Shown here piece after piece: positions 37,181 to 49,954 of a stretch of 64,000 bases of DNA (the stretch's first letter is position 1; every line of letters begins with the position of its first letter). The notes beneath the pieces are model-generated. The model saw only the letters and a program-made list of their open reading frames with translations. It was not told the DNA's origin and searched no databases. Made by a program: the position numbers and the translations under genes. This DNA comes from Scyliorhinus canicula. Lineage: Eukaryota. The stretch lies in NCBI RefSeq assembly GCF_902713615.1, contig NC_052162.1, positions 52,327,990-52,391,989 of the forward strand, written 5' to 3'.

Positions 37181-37632
37181 TGTTATAGTAGTATTAACTC
37201 CAAACCAAACTTATATTTGAACCTAAACTCAAAATTCAAAGGATCTATTTTAGACACTGAGATGATTAGACTATTCATGCGAAGAGTGGAAAAATCACAA
37301 GTTAATTAATGTCAGTCTCACAAATTGAAGCGGGAGTAGATTTAGCATCTCTTGTTTGTTCGTGACATACAAGTCTATTTTTAAACAGAAAATATTGTTC
37401 TGCTATAAATGGAAGAAATTAATTAAACCTTATTGTTAATTTTCATCAGCAGAAGTATGTATGTGGTTTTTAACTTTACCTTCCTAATAACATAGCAGAA
37501 ATGAGGAACTTGCTGCTTAGGCTGTCATGGTTATGAGCCTGTGTCCAATTACAAAATACTAGAGGTGACTTTGTAGTATTTTATTCTGGTGTAATGTGAG
37601 CAGTACCCCTTTCTTTGTTCTTCATCATTTAG

Positions 37633-37752
37633 GGTTAACAGTCGTATTTGTGGCGATGACGATGTTGAACCAGAGGAGCTGGAAACTGAAGGAGAGAGGC
37701 AGTTACAAAACCTCTTGAAGCACCAGCTGGACACAACAGTAACACTTGAAGA
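37633..37752 (+). CDS. RBM41: RBM41 coding exon 2
   Basis: tttag| VNSRICGDDDVEPEELETEGERQLQNLLKHQLDTTVTLE |gtgagt; matches RBM41 EELETEGERQL..LL.HQLDT. Confidence 0.95.
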
Positions 37753-38599
37753 GTGAGTATACTAAGAATTTAGTGGAATAACTTCTGCATGAATGGCATG
37801 AAGTAAGAAATTATTAATGATTATATACATTTTTATAATACATAAAATTCTGAAATAAAAATAGAAAATGACGGAAATATTCAGGTCCTTCAGCATCTAC
37901 AGAAAATATATGTTAATGTTTCTTGAGGAAACCCTTTACACTGATGAATCGTCTGTGATTTCTAGCGTTTTTTTGTTTAATTTTGGATTCCCAATGATGC
38001 TTGTTTTTATTTTTGTTTTTATCTCTAATTTTTAAGTCTTGCCCAAAAAACTGCATCAAATAATTCTGAATGGTAGTGCCTGTGATGCTTGAACCATTTA
38101 TTCATTCATTATCATTGATGTCTCCCTGAGGTCTTTGTCCCTCATTTTATTGTATGTCCAGTTTTTTGATACTCAGTATTGCTGGAGATGCAGACGAAAA
38201 AAGTGAGCATTTGTGACACATGAGCTCAGTTGTTTCAGATTTGGCTGTTCAGTTTCGCACAGAAACCCTTAGGTTGCTGAAAAGTAATCAGTGAAAGAGA
38301 ATGATCATAAGATTACTTCACACTTGTTCTGATGAAGCTGAATAAGTATTGGCTCACAAAGTGCGAGCATATCAAACACCCACTTCCGGTAAAAATGTTG
38401 ACATTCGGTGAACAGAGCATCTCACCAACATTTTCCATTCCATTGACATTAGTTTGAGTTGGTCGAAGCAGCTTCAAGCTGAGGAACAGGTATGAACTCG
38501 GGTCAATTGTTATGAGGCTCAACATTATTTGATGAGCACCAACGTTTACTTCACAAGAAAAAGAACTGGACCTGAGATGAGAAAATTAATTAAAGGGAT

Positions 38600-40110
38600 G
38601 TCGGCTTCGTGGCGAGACCAGCCTTTATTGCCCATTCCTAATTGCCTTTGAGAAGGTGGTGGTGAGTTGCCTTCTTGAACCACTACAGTCCATGTGGTGC
38701 AGGTACACCCATAGTGCTGTTAGGGAAGGAGTTCCAGGATTTTGATCCAATGAAAGAATGATATATTTCGAATTCAGGATAGTGAGTGGCTTGGAGGGGG
38801 TATGTGCAGGTAGTGGTGTTCCCATGTGTCTGCTGTCCTTGTCCTAGATGGTAGTGGTCATGGTTTTGGAAGGTCGAAGGAGCCTTGTTGAGTTACGATA
38901 ATGCATCTTGTGGATGGTACATACTGCTGCCACTATGCTTCGGTGGTGCAGGGAGTGAATGTTTGTGGCTGGGGTGCCAGTCAGTCAAGCCTTTTGTCCT
39001 GGATGGCATTAAGCTTCTTGAGTGTTGTTGGAGGGACACTCATCTCGGTATTCCATCACACTCCTGACTTGTGCCGTGTGAATTGCAGACAGATTTTAAG
39101 GATATCAGGAGGAGAGTTACTTGCCACAGGATTCCTAGCCTCTGACTTTCTCTTCTAGCCACAGTATTTATATGACTGGTCCAGTTCAGTTTCTGGTCAA
39201 TGGTAACCCCCAGGACGTTAATAGTGGGGATGCAGCAATGGTAATGCCATTGAGTGTCAATTGGCGATGGATAGATCCTGCCTTGTTGGATATGGTCAGG
39301 GCCTGGCACTTGTGTGGTGTCAATACTCCTTGCCACTTGTCAGCCCAAGCCTGCATATTGTCCTGGTTTTGCTGTATATCGACATGGATTACTTCAGAAC
39401 CTGAGAAGTCGCAAATGGTGCTGAACAATGTACAATCATCAGCCACATCCCCACTTCTGACCTTATGATGGAAGGAAGGTCATTGATGAAGCAACTGAAA
39501 ATCATTGGGGCTCGGACATTGTTCTAAGGAACTCCTGTAGTGATGTCCTGGAACTAAGATGACTGACCTTCAACTGCCACAACCATCTTCCTTTGTGCCA
39601 GGTATGACTCCAACCAGCAGAGAGTTTCCCCCATCATTCCCATTGACTCCAGTTTTGTTAGGGCTCACCTCTGGAGTTCAGCTCTTTTGAACCAAGGCTG
39701 TAATGAGGTCAGGAACTGAGTGACCCTATGAAACCCAAACTGAGCATCAGTGAGCAAGTTATTGCTACGCAAGTGCTGCTTCGGTGCACTGTTGATGACC
39801 CCTCCCATTGCTTTACTGATAATTAGCTGATGGGGCGGTAAATGGCTGGGTTGAATTTATCCTGCTTTTTGTTTATAGGACACACCTGGGCAATTTTCCA
39901 CATTTCTGGGTAGATGCCAGTGTCATAGCTATACTGGGACAGTCTGGCTAGGGGCATGGCATAGCATGTTCTGGAGCACAAATCTTCAGTACTGTTGCAG
40001 GAATATTGTTGGGTCATAGCCTTTTCAGAATTCAGTGCCTTCGGCCGTTTCTTGCCATCACATGGAGTGAATAGAGTTGGCTTAAAACTGGCAACTGTGA
40101 TGCTGGGCAG
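38600..40110 (-). mobile_element. Degraded CR1/L2-group LINE (same family as 28080)
   Basis: GIYPEMWKIAQVCP..KKQDK.NPA.YRPIS, ADDCTLF, NMQAWADKWQ, LGVTIDQKLNWTSHIN. Confidence 0.85.
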
Positions 40111-40227
40111 GAGGCTAAGGTCCTATAACTGCGGTTCCTTGAGTTCTCAGTTGCTCTACGATATGTTGACTTATGTTGTTTTTCCTTAACTGAAGTTTCT
40201 CCTTAACTGAAGTTTCTCTTTTGACAG

Positions 40228-40420
40228 ATGCATAGCTAAGAAGAAATGCTTTGCCCCGAGTGCTTTATACAAGCCATTTGGGGAGCAGGCAGCAGGAGTG
40301 TTGAGCCTGTCACAGTTTCAAACTCTGCAGGATGGAGAAGGGGAGATTGCTGCTCTGCGAGAACTGGGACTTACTGACAGGGAAATTCAACTCTGGCGAG
40401 ATAGGGAATCTCTAGTTAAG
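40228..40420 (+). CDS. RBM41: RBM41 coding exon 3
   Basis: gacag| CIAKKKCFAPSALYKPFGEQAAGVLSLSQFQTLQDGEGEIAALRELGLTDREIQLWRDRESLVK |gtaaag. Confidence 0.95.
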
Positions 40421-41597
40421 GTAAAGTAAGATTGGAATATTTATGCAAACTCATACTGGGCTAAGTAACAGCATGCAATATTGGCAACCAAGCACGTAGC
40501 ATGTCCATTATGGTATTGCCCTATTTAAAAGAGTTAGTTCTATTTTGTACGTAGCAGTCTCAGGAATTTAAGATCACCCTATTGTATATTTATTCTTAAT
40601 GTTACGGAGTACAGATTTTCTGTATCTCTGAAACCATGGAAAAATTTGTGATTTGTTCAACATTTCTTCAATACTGTAAATCTGGAAGTTACAAACTGCA
40701 CTTTGCAGGTTTATTGTGTGGAAGTTGGAATGTTAAACACAGCTGATTAGGGAGATGATGTGGCCTTTGATTTGCTACGAATGCTGGTGGAAAACAAAGA
40801 GAATGGTCCATAGCCATGGTCATGTTTGGAAGCCTATGCAATAAAACTACACATCATTAAAATTTATGATGTTGATTTGAAAAGGAAGGTGGACATTGGG
40901 AATCACGCCCAAATATGAAGCATCTACAGACCATTAAAAATAAACTATCTGCAAAACAGCATTTCGGTACTTATCCGAGGGATTCAAATTAATGTGATCT
41001 TGGACTTTGAAAATATGTGTCACTCTTCGGTACTGGATCCTTAACAATTTCTGCAAGTAATATTGGGGCATAATCCATATGACAAAGATCTTCTCAGTAA
41101 TTGGAGAGTGCATTAGCTTCTGAGATGTTATAAATTCAAAAAGGTTAAGGAACAACACCGATAATCAGTATAAGTATTTTTTAAACAGGGAAGACTAAAA
41201 AATACTTCTAGATTGAATCAGTGGAGGGAGGGGATCAGTTGGAGGTGATCATATTGGTGCTGTTGCAGTAACATAGGGCCACGTATTAGTGTCACAGCCA
41301 CCTACAGGCGCAATAACACTGGTATGTCGTAATCACTCAGTTTTAAATATTTAATAGATTATTTTTCCATTCTTGTTTCTTAATTTTCTGTGTGCAATTC
41401 TTGACTGAGAGTGTGCACACCAGTGTTAATCTGCTATCAAACATATCACGAGAAAGTACACAAGTACAACTTTTTGGCTTATCCTTGTTGTGGCCTACCT
41501 TTTTTGTGCCTCCCTGTTGCATAAAAGTTGAAAACTGACAGCAGAGGATTGGAGACAGGCTCCACACTTCAAAAGCCAATTCAGTTTGTGTTTAAAG

Positions 41598-41802
41598 TTC
41601 TCAGGGCTGGGAGCAGATCCAGCAGCAGTGCAACAAAGACTCCGTGCCATTGAAGAGAAAATTGAAGAACGACAGCGACTTCTGTCACTGCCTCAGAGGT
41701 TTGCAGGAAGTAAACAGCTGAACAGGAGGGAGATGGAGATTGAAAATGCCATGTTCCAGGGAACTGACCGTTATACCTTTTTGAAAGCTCTTTATTACCA
41801 AG
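41598..41802 (+). CDS. RBM41: RBM41 coding exon 4
   Basis: FSGLGADPAAVQQRLRAIEEKIEERQRLLSLPQRFAGSKQLNRREMEIENAMFQGTDRYTFLKALYYQ G|gtatag; acceptor chosen to keep phase 0. Confidence 0.93.
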
Positions 41803-43961
41803 GTATAGCTTTTTGTTGTTAACTATGTTTAGTTTTTCTCCCTCTCTTGCTTTCATTGAATCATTCCCTAGACAAGAAAGGAAAGATGCAACCTGTTCCC
41901 AAGCTTCTGCTCGGGGAGATAAGTAAGAATAGCCTAGTATGACTTCCTTGTAATTTGTTTTTCCTTGAAGTGAAGGAAATGGTTGGCTTCTTAATGATAT
42001 GGGTGAAGTGTGGAATTTGCCATGTGGGAGATCTTATGTGCTAACTCGTGTCTTAGTAAACTGTAGAGCAGGGATTTGGAGCAGTAGAGACAAAGACCCA
42101 ATATTATCATCTTTAGTTACACAGATAATTTGAATACCTTGCTTCAGTTTGGAGATCAGAAAACTGAGTCAGTCAATGTTCTTTGACTCGTCAGTTTTGT
42201 GGTCAAATTAATGATTTCTTGTCCATGCTTTATTTTAAAAAAGTACTAACAAAGACCTGTTCTATGAATTTGTATGTTTCTGTGATTCTGCTTTGTAATA
42301 TTATTGTTCTGTACCCTTGCAGAATATTTGTGACAAATAACTGGCAAATTCCAGAGTAGTGGACACAGAACATGGTACTGTATGACCTGTGCCAGTCATC
42401 GTCTGAATGCTGTCGGTTAATTGTATTTTTTGTTTGTAAGTTTTCTTGTTTTCTCCCAATTTTTGCTCCCTGAAATTTCCTCAACATCGCGCACCTGCCC
42501 CAGCTAAAAGCACGGCCTGGAGACCTGATCCAAGTGCTCTGCCAAATTCAATCCATGACTGGATGTGTGCAGGACTGACTCCTGATTTCTTCTTCCTTCC
42601 TTCTACTTTCACGACAGCAGCATTCAGATTTGAAATCCACCATCTTGGGAATTTAGGGCATAAACCTATGTCCCACATTTTATAGCACAGTACACTGCGA
42701 CTCTAAATCATTTGGTTGCTTGTTTTTAATTTCCTCATGGCATGCTCCTATCTCAGTTAGGATGTGAACAGAGGTGAGGCGTAACTCCAGCAGGAGGAAA
42801 AGCAAATTGGAGCGTCAGTCACAGGTGTAATTCTCAACTGCTGGTTTTAGAATGGCTTGGGCAGAGACCTTAGAACAGGTTGACTGGCCAAACTCCTGAT
42901 TGGGGAGTGGTGTAAAGAACTGAAATTAATGGCCAAAATAGCTTGCAAAATGGTGTTGGAAGAATTGCCTGGTTGGCTGTTCCTCAAACAGGCCAGATAG
43001 TGTTAGCTTCTGATGACTTCCTCACCTTCAACCATCTTTCCTCACCTCCATCTTCCAGCTCATTATTGTTTTGCTGTCCTACTGAATACTGCTCCTTTTA
43101 GATTCCCTGTCCAATTGTGTGCAATTGATATTAAAGCAAAAACTCCATTGGCCGAGTTGTGTGGGTCCTGACTCAACCATAAGAAAAGGTTAAGGGAATT
43201 TCACCCACCATTTTTGTGGTGTGACTCGACTTTACCTAGCATCTGACTAGATTTTGAACTCCCCTAGTGTTTTTGACAACACAAACTTACTTAAATTTGG
43301 AACATTTATCACCCTTTTGAGCATCTGTTTTTTTCTTTTAGATTTATCCAATTGTTGTTATTTTAGCACTTCATATTTTCAAAAGTGGAGAAATATATTT
43401 ATGAATTATGCATGTTTGCCAGTGCAGTATAATGTATTTTTATTAACCTCAATGTGTTAACATACATGCAGAAATTTAAAACTTTTACTTGTCTTTATGA
43501 ACATATTCCTTTGCCACTGTCAATTTCACCTGAATGCAGCAAAGTAATTAGAAGCTATTTAGTCACTCAACCAACGTGCTAAATGAGTTGTGGTACATAG
43601 AATTGAATTGAAACTATCTACTTTTACTGGTGTTTTATTGAATTCCATTTCTTGTTGAAAGCCGTGCAAATATGTGGCACCACAGTAGTTGGATTCTCAG
43701 GTTTCCTTGGGGTTTCAGCTGCATTGAGGGGAGGGAGAATCATCCGTGGGCTCGGGCCATATACTTTTTTCCCTTTTAGAACTCTTGGATATTGGGGTGT
43801 CTTGGAATAGATCGAAACATCTCAGTCCCAAGGGGATAGGGAGGTGGCGGCAAAGGAATGGTTAAAATGTCCTGATCCAAGTACCCGCTTTAACATCATT
43901 TAGTTGTGCTTTTCTCTGGTTTTGCCGTATGTAAATGTAACTCGTTTTGTTTTCACTTTAG

Positions 43962-44383
43962 ATGAAAAGTCTGTAAAAGACCAGAATGACCCTATCAATC
44001 AATTAGAAATGATGTTACTAAAATTCAAAAATGATTCCGTCGGAATGGGAGACACTCCAAAACCCATAACGGGACCTTCTCTGGAAATACCTTCCACAGC
44101 AACAAGTGAAGAAAGTACCTTTAAGGAAATGACTGGTCTCTTTATTCAACCACAAAGTCAGCAAATCTGTGCTGCAAATCTATATGAAAATCAGAACACC
44201 AAGGGGCTTTCTGTAAATGTTCCTATCCGAACCCTACCCAGCACTGGCACTCATGGTCCTCAGAAAATTACCCAGCAAGTGGAACCTGTTCCCAAAGAAG
44301 AGATTTGGAAGAACAAGCTTTCACAGGAGGAAATACGAATGATTCCCAGATTTTCAAACTATAAACCTGGACAACCAAGCAGG
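43962..44383 (+). CDS. RBM41: RBM41 coding exon 5
   Basis: tttag| (D)EKSVKDQNDPINQLE...EEIWKNKLSQEEIRMIPRFSNYKPGQPSR |gtatga; phases fit. Confidence 0.92.
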
Positions 44384-45014
44384 GTATGATTAAGTATTAT
44401 TCATTAGCTAGAAAAGTATTATTAATGAATGTGACTTCCATGAGGAATTAAAATGTTCTTATTTTCAGGAATTTAACATCCATGATGAAGTGAAACCTTA
44501 AGGGAGGTCACATTGATGTCCTGTAGTATGGTTCAAAACGTACTACAACCAACTCCAATGTTCAGTGACTAAAAAAATTGAAATAAACCAGCAGTATTTA
44601 TCCTTTTTAAAATAATTGTCATCAATATAAATTATGTTGCTGATTGCTGGGCAATGGTTCTTTTTATTTTAGGGACCAAGTGTAAGATTTAACTTTCCTG
44701 TGTCAAATACGGCATGGGCACACAGGACTGTGGCCAGTTAATTCAAAAGAGTCCTGCTGCTGACATGCCTAATATTTTCTGAGTTGGTATCTGCCAGGGA
44801 TCAATCTCAATTCAGTTGGAGAAAACTATTGTTAATGGGAAAGTGGAGTTGTATTTTGTGACTGCTGATTGTGAGGATTGTAACAAAGTTCAGTCCGATC
44901 ACTTGTAAATGTGACAGCAGTAAAGTGATATGATACCGTGCTGCTGTGTGATTCAAATTTGCAGTTGCATTTACTTCAGTGCTTTATTTCTTCTCTTTCC
45001 CCACCTCCTCTCAG

Positions 45015-45162
45015 GTTCTGTACTTGAAAAATCTGAATCCAAAAGCTACGCTGGAGGATCTATTTTCCTTATTTGTTTCTTTCCAACAAAAAGATGGCCC
45101 TCAGCTCCTTTTCCGGTTATTGACAGGCCGAATGAAGGGACAAGCATTCATCACCTTCCCAA
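45015..45162 (+). CDS. RBM41: RBM41 coding exon 6 (RRM, RNP2 and RNP1)
   Basis: ctcag| VLYLKNLNPKATLEDLFSLFVSFQQKDGPQLLFRLLTGRMKGQAFITFP |gtatgt; RNPC3/RBM41-type RRM. Confidence 0.96.
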
Positions 45163-45360
45163 GTATGTATTTCCACATGATTAGGTAGCTGGTTCCCAAG
45201 AGTTTAGACTGAAAGAGAGAAAATATGTTTTAGAAAATCAGTTTTAGCCATCAGTACTCTAGGAGATGAAAGTAGATTGGCTGGAACGTTCATTCTTAAT
45301 CAGGGGTATAAAACAGGTGATATTGGATTGATTGCCTTTTGTAAACCATTTGGGAAAAAA

Positions 45361-45543
45361 AATGAATGACATGAAAATCACTTATTGTCACGAGTATGCT
45401 TCAATGAAGTTACTGTGAAAAGCCCCTAGTCGCCACATTCGGGCGCCTGTTCGGGGAGGCAGGTACGGGAATTAAACTGCTGCTGGCCTGCCTTGGTCTG
45501 CTTTAAAAGCCAGAGATTTAGCCCAGTGTGCTAAACCAGCCCC
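45361..45543 (-). mobile_element. tRNA-derived SINE family 2
   Basis: Same sequence as the 24035 copy. Confidence 0.75.
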
Positions 45544-46182
45544 ATTTTCCTCTGTTGTTCGAGTGAAGGATCAGCTTGTTTATATTTACAAATACAGCTA
45601 ACAGCAGACCTGCATGGCTGTTATTGGTTGCACTTAATGAAAAACTGCATTTATAATTGTAAATTTTGAAGTGCCATTGATAGTTCAGGCAGCTTTTTGT
45701 ATGGAGTTTCAAATGCTCGAGGATGCCAGTGTATTTTCTAAATTGCATATATAATAGAAAGTGTGTTAATCAACCATACCTTCAGTGTCCCCAGTCAAAT
45801 ACTTAGAGGGAGTAGTGTTAAGTTTGTGCTGAGACCAATATCTGGCTGCCACCTAGGCTGAGAGAGGGAAATTAAGATGAAGTTCTTACTCCAGTCACTC
45901 TTACTAGAGATTCTGTGTGCTGACATGGAGACCTGGATGAGGCTTGGCTGTGATTCTCTACAGGGCCAAGTAGCCTGCCAACACTCACTGTCTCAGCTCA
46001 TACATGAATATACCTGTGGGACTGTACCTAAATGACAGTCTGTTTCTTCAAGAAAGGAAGAGAGAACATTGCAAGGCTGCAGTGGGGTTTGGTGAAGCAA
46101 GGTTAGCTACATATAAGAATATCTTGCACCCAGCTTGAACAACGTGAACACCTGCTCCAGAGCATTAGTTTCCCTAACTGAG

Positions 46183-46420
46183 CGGGCGGCATGTGGCGCA
46201 GTGGTTAGCACAGGGACTGCGGCACTGAGGACACAGGTTCGAATCCCAGCCCTGGATCACTGTCTGTTGTATGGAGTTTGCACATTCTCCCCATGTCTGT
46301 GTGGGTTTCACCCCCACAACCCAAAGATGTGCTGGTTAGCTGGATTGGCCACACTAAATTGCCCCTTAATTGGAAAAGAAAAATAATTGGCTATTCTAAA
46401 TTTATATTTAAAAAAAATCC
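46183..46420 (+). mobile_element. V-SINE (HE1-like)
   Basis: tggcgcagtggttagc, ggttcgaatcc, A-rich tail. Confidence 0.8.
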
Positions 46421-46693
46421 ATAACAGTTGTGCATAATATCCATAACAGTTGTGCATACATAACTGCAGTATTTGTTTTTGCATATAACTTTTAGGCATT
46501 GGATCTTAGATTCCAAATAAACCAAAAATATTGCAGTCTTTATCCGTGGATTTGTATCTGTTTTCCCAATATTGTGCGTCCACTGGTCGGATTATGGTGA
46601 CATTTTTATTTCTGTTGGATGTGGAATCTACAATGCCCAAATATCCTAAGTGTGTTTTGTCAGCTTAACCTTTAGTTACCACATTCTTTTTAG

Positions 46694-46794
46694 GTGTGGA
46701 GATGGCAATGGAAGCACTGAACATGGTGAATGGCTACAATCTGATGGGCAAACCAATAATCATAGAGTATGGACAGAATCGATTGGACCACTGA
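46694..46794 (+). CDS. RBM41: RBM41 coding exon 7 (last)
   Basis: tttag| (S)VEMAMEALNMVNGYNLMGKPIIIEYGQNRLDH*; total CDS 1197 nt = 398 aa. Confidence 0.94.
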
Positions 46795-48558
46795 CGTTGT
46801 GCTTGCAGAATGTGGCCAATGAAAGAAGTTTCAGTGCGGTGAGATTGCTAGTCACTGGGACCACAGGCACAATGGAGTAGTGGAGAGTGTTCAGTTATCT
46901 GCAGTGATGAGTAATTACTACAGTGTATGGAAACGACCCTCATCTGTACATAACCCATACCCTCACTTCTTTGTGTTTCTTTTAGAAAAAATACACCTTT
47001 GGGCTTCCCAATGGTAAATGCACCACATGATGTACTGAACCTTATTGAATATAATGAGGACAGTTCCAGGTTTAGTCCTTAGTGCTCAGCCTTTTTCAGT
47101 GAAGGTTGCATCTTGAGGGCTGCAACTGATTGCACTGTCCCTTTGCTAGGGATGAGAAAAGGATTATCTCAAGTTTCAGACTCTGGATCCACTATGTAGT
47201 GCCTCTTGGATGAAGTGGTTTCAGTTAAGGCTCCCCATTTCTGGAAGATTTGACAACATTGACTTTCTAAACTCATAAATGATGAATGGTTTTGATGCAA
47301 GGTTCCAGTAGCTGTTGACTTAACAAAACTCTGATAAGTCACTGTTTCAAGGCAGGAGAGGAAGAAAACCAGGGCATTTTTAAAAAAAGGGTGTAGCATT
47401 ATTTTAGCAAAATTTACCTCATGTAATAATTAAACTACACAAACCGCTCATTTATCCCCACACAACATCATAACCACATTCACACTAGCGCCAAGAAATG
47501 TTTTAAGTGCTTTTTAAAAAAAAAACAGTTCAAAACTAACAAGTCCATATTAGGATTTATTTCCTCCAATGAAGTTCATTTAAGATTTGGCTGCAAATGA
47601 AGGAGTCACTAGTTAATTGAACAAGCTTAAAGAAGAGCAGACCCAGAGTGAAGAAATAGAACTGTGCTTTTTGCAGTCTTGCCAAACCTGGAAAGTGGCT
47701 CAACCAAAGCTCCTTGCAGTATTAAATTATCTAACAAATCTAACTTCATCACTTATGTCCCTATCATCCAAAGGAATTTACTGTTTACCAAGGACTAAAA
47801 TGTGGAAAAACACATCCATTCCGCATCAAACATGTAAATTTGGGCATAATTTGTGGATTATATTTGTGTTTATTATTGAGATTTAGAAAATAGAACTCAC
47901 ATCCAAACAAGGTAAGCTTTCTTGATGAATTACAATACAGCAGTAGTAATTGTGAACACCATTCTGATGCGTTTGGTGGTGATTTTGAGTTTGCTGTGGT
48001 GGAGGTCGTTAGGCATTGAGACAGTTGTTTGAAGCGGCAGCATCGTGTTCTGCCATGAGATCAAAACTCAGCTGACTGATTTTTTTTTCAATGCTGTTTG
48101 TCAGTCTAGGCAGTGATCCAGAGATAACTGATTTCCCACACATTCAGCTAGGGAGAGCTCTTTGGTTGCAAGTAATTAAGGAATGTCAAAATAAAATGTT
48201 TTCAAGAAGTAAAGTTTTAAAATTCTTTCATTCCTGCAAGTTGTATTTATATAGCTTTTAGATTAACCTGTCTTCATCTTTAAAACCAAGTAGACATTGT
48301 AGATGATTGAGTATTCATGCCCTTTATTACTTGGGATTAAAATGTTTTTCCAAATTTAAATTTGCTGCAGCTATTTCACATGCTGTTATCTGTCATGATT
48401 AAACTATTATGTGATTGTTAGACGAAAATGGATGATGAAGTACTTGGATGGAGCTTGTATACTGGGTGTTTGAATAGAATCACATCAAATTTAATCCCAT
48501 GAAAGTTTCCAGGAATATTGTCCTTTCATTGTTACCTGTCAGTTATTTTATGTAGACA

Positions 48559-48605
48559 AATAAAACAATGATGGACACCAATTTTGTTTGTTTGTTTTAT
48601 TTTTA
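48559..48605 (+). terminator. Candidate RBM41 polyadenylation signal
   Basis: AATAAA at 48559 followed by a T/GT-rich tract; another AATAAA at 48190. Confidence 0.4.
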
Positions 48606-49954
48606 ATATTGATAGTTCCTGGTGAGTTTCTTTTTCTATACTGCTCGTCAGACGAATTGTGTACAACCATTTTAAAATGCTAACTGGTTCTATTTGCAAG
48701 TCAAAATATTTTCTGATATTTTGAATTTATTGAAATGAGTCGTGTGCTTTGTATAAAGTTATTTTTCCCTTAGGGTTTGGAAGGATCCTCTGAGGGAGGA
48801 CTAGATGATCTGCAATTTGGTGGTATTGAAGGAAAGACTGCTTAGTGTTTTCTAAATCCCTTCTCGCTGTTCGGCGAACAATTGACAATGCTCAAGTGCA
48901 AATAACACTGAATACCAGCCTTCAGCCCAGATACTAATCTGACAGCCTGGTAAGAGAAAAGCGGCATTATGGTGCTGGTGAATGACAGTTGGCATTATGT
49001 TTTTGGGGAATGACAGTATGCATTATGGTTTTTGGTATCTGGTTCAATGGTTGGAAACTGGTGATCGGTTGACGTGAATTATAAATTCAAATCCCCCTCA
49101 AAGGATACCAAATTAGAATTAAAAATTCAATGAATTTGCATATCCAATTGGGGAAGGAAGTTAATGAGGTGGAATTAATTCAAAGTTTTGGTTTGTTTGT
49201 GAGATGTGGGCGTCGCTGGTTAGGCCAGTACTTTTTGCCATTCCTAATTAAACACAACATAAAAATGTGAATGCCAGCATCACAACGTTTGCCGAGGTAC
49301 ACAACACTAAATGTATTTTAAAAATAATTCATGTACAGTTTTCAGAGACTATGGGAACATTTATACAAATACAGAGAGATAAGCTTTTCTGATGTCTGGG
49401 TTAAGACACAGGCAAAATAATATTTTAGTCTTTGTGCACCTAAAATTACATTGACATGATTCCAAAACTGGAGGAGTATTGCAGTCCCCAACACAAATCT
49501 TACGTACCATCTTTGATTAATATAGAAATACCTGGATTCCTTCCTCTCCCCCCCCCCCCCCCAAAACTAGCAAAGGGGAGTAATTAAAAACACACACAAG
49601 TTATATCACGGAGCCATAACATCAATATCTTAAAGCTGTGTATAACACTTAAGGGTATAAACTGTGATCTTGTATTAAATATTTACTGTGATGTAGAACA
49701 TGTTTAGACTCCGAAGGGGCAAGAGCTCTATTTTTAGAAAGAAAACGTCTGTGAGGTAAGGGACAACACAAAAATAAAATAAGTACATCAAAATGCAACA
49801 AAAAAAAGCACACATCCTTGCAACTGAGAGATACAGGAAAGGTGACAAAACAGAAGGCTACAAAGAGGAAGCTACCAAAAGAAACTTACCAGGGATATAA
49901 AAATAAACTTTTTTCACTATAAAAAGAGTGAGCAGGAGAAATGTGGGCCTCAAA

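Noticed and set aside
44598-46650. USSE-like U12 5' splice-site repeats in RBM41 (ttatccttt at 44598, atatcct at 46641)
   Set aside because: Isolated, imperfect and not in tandem
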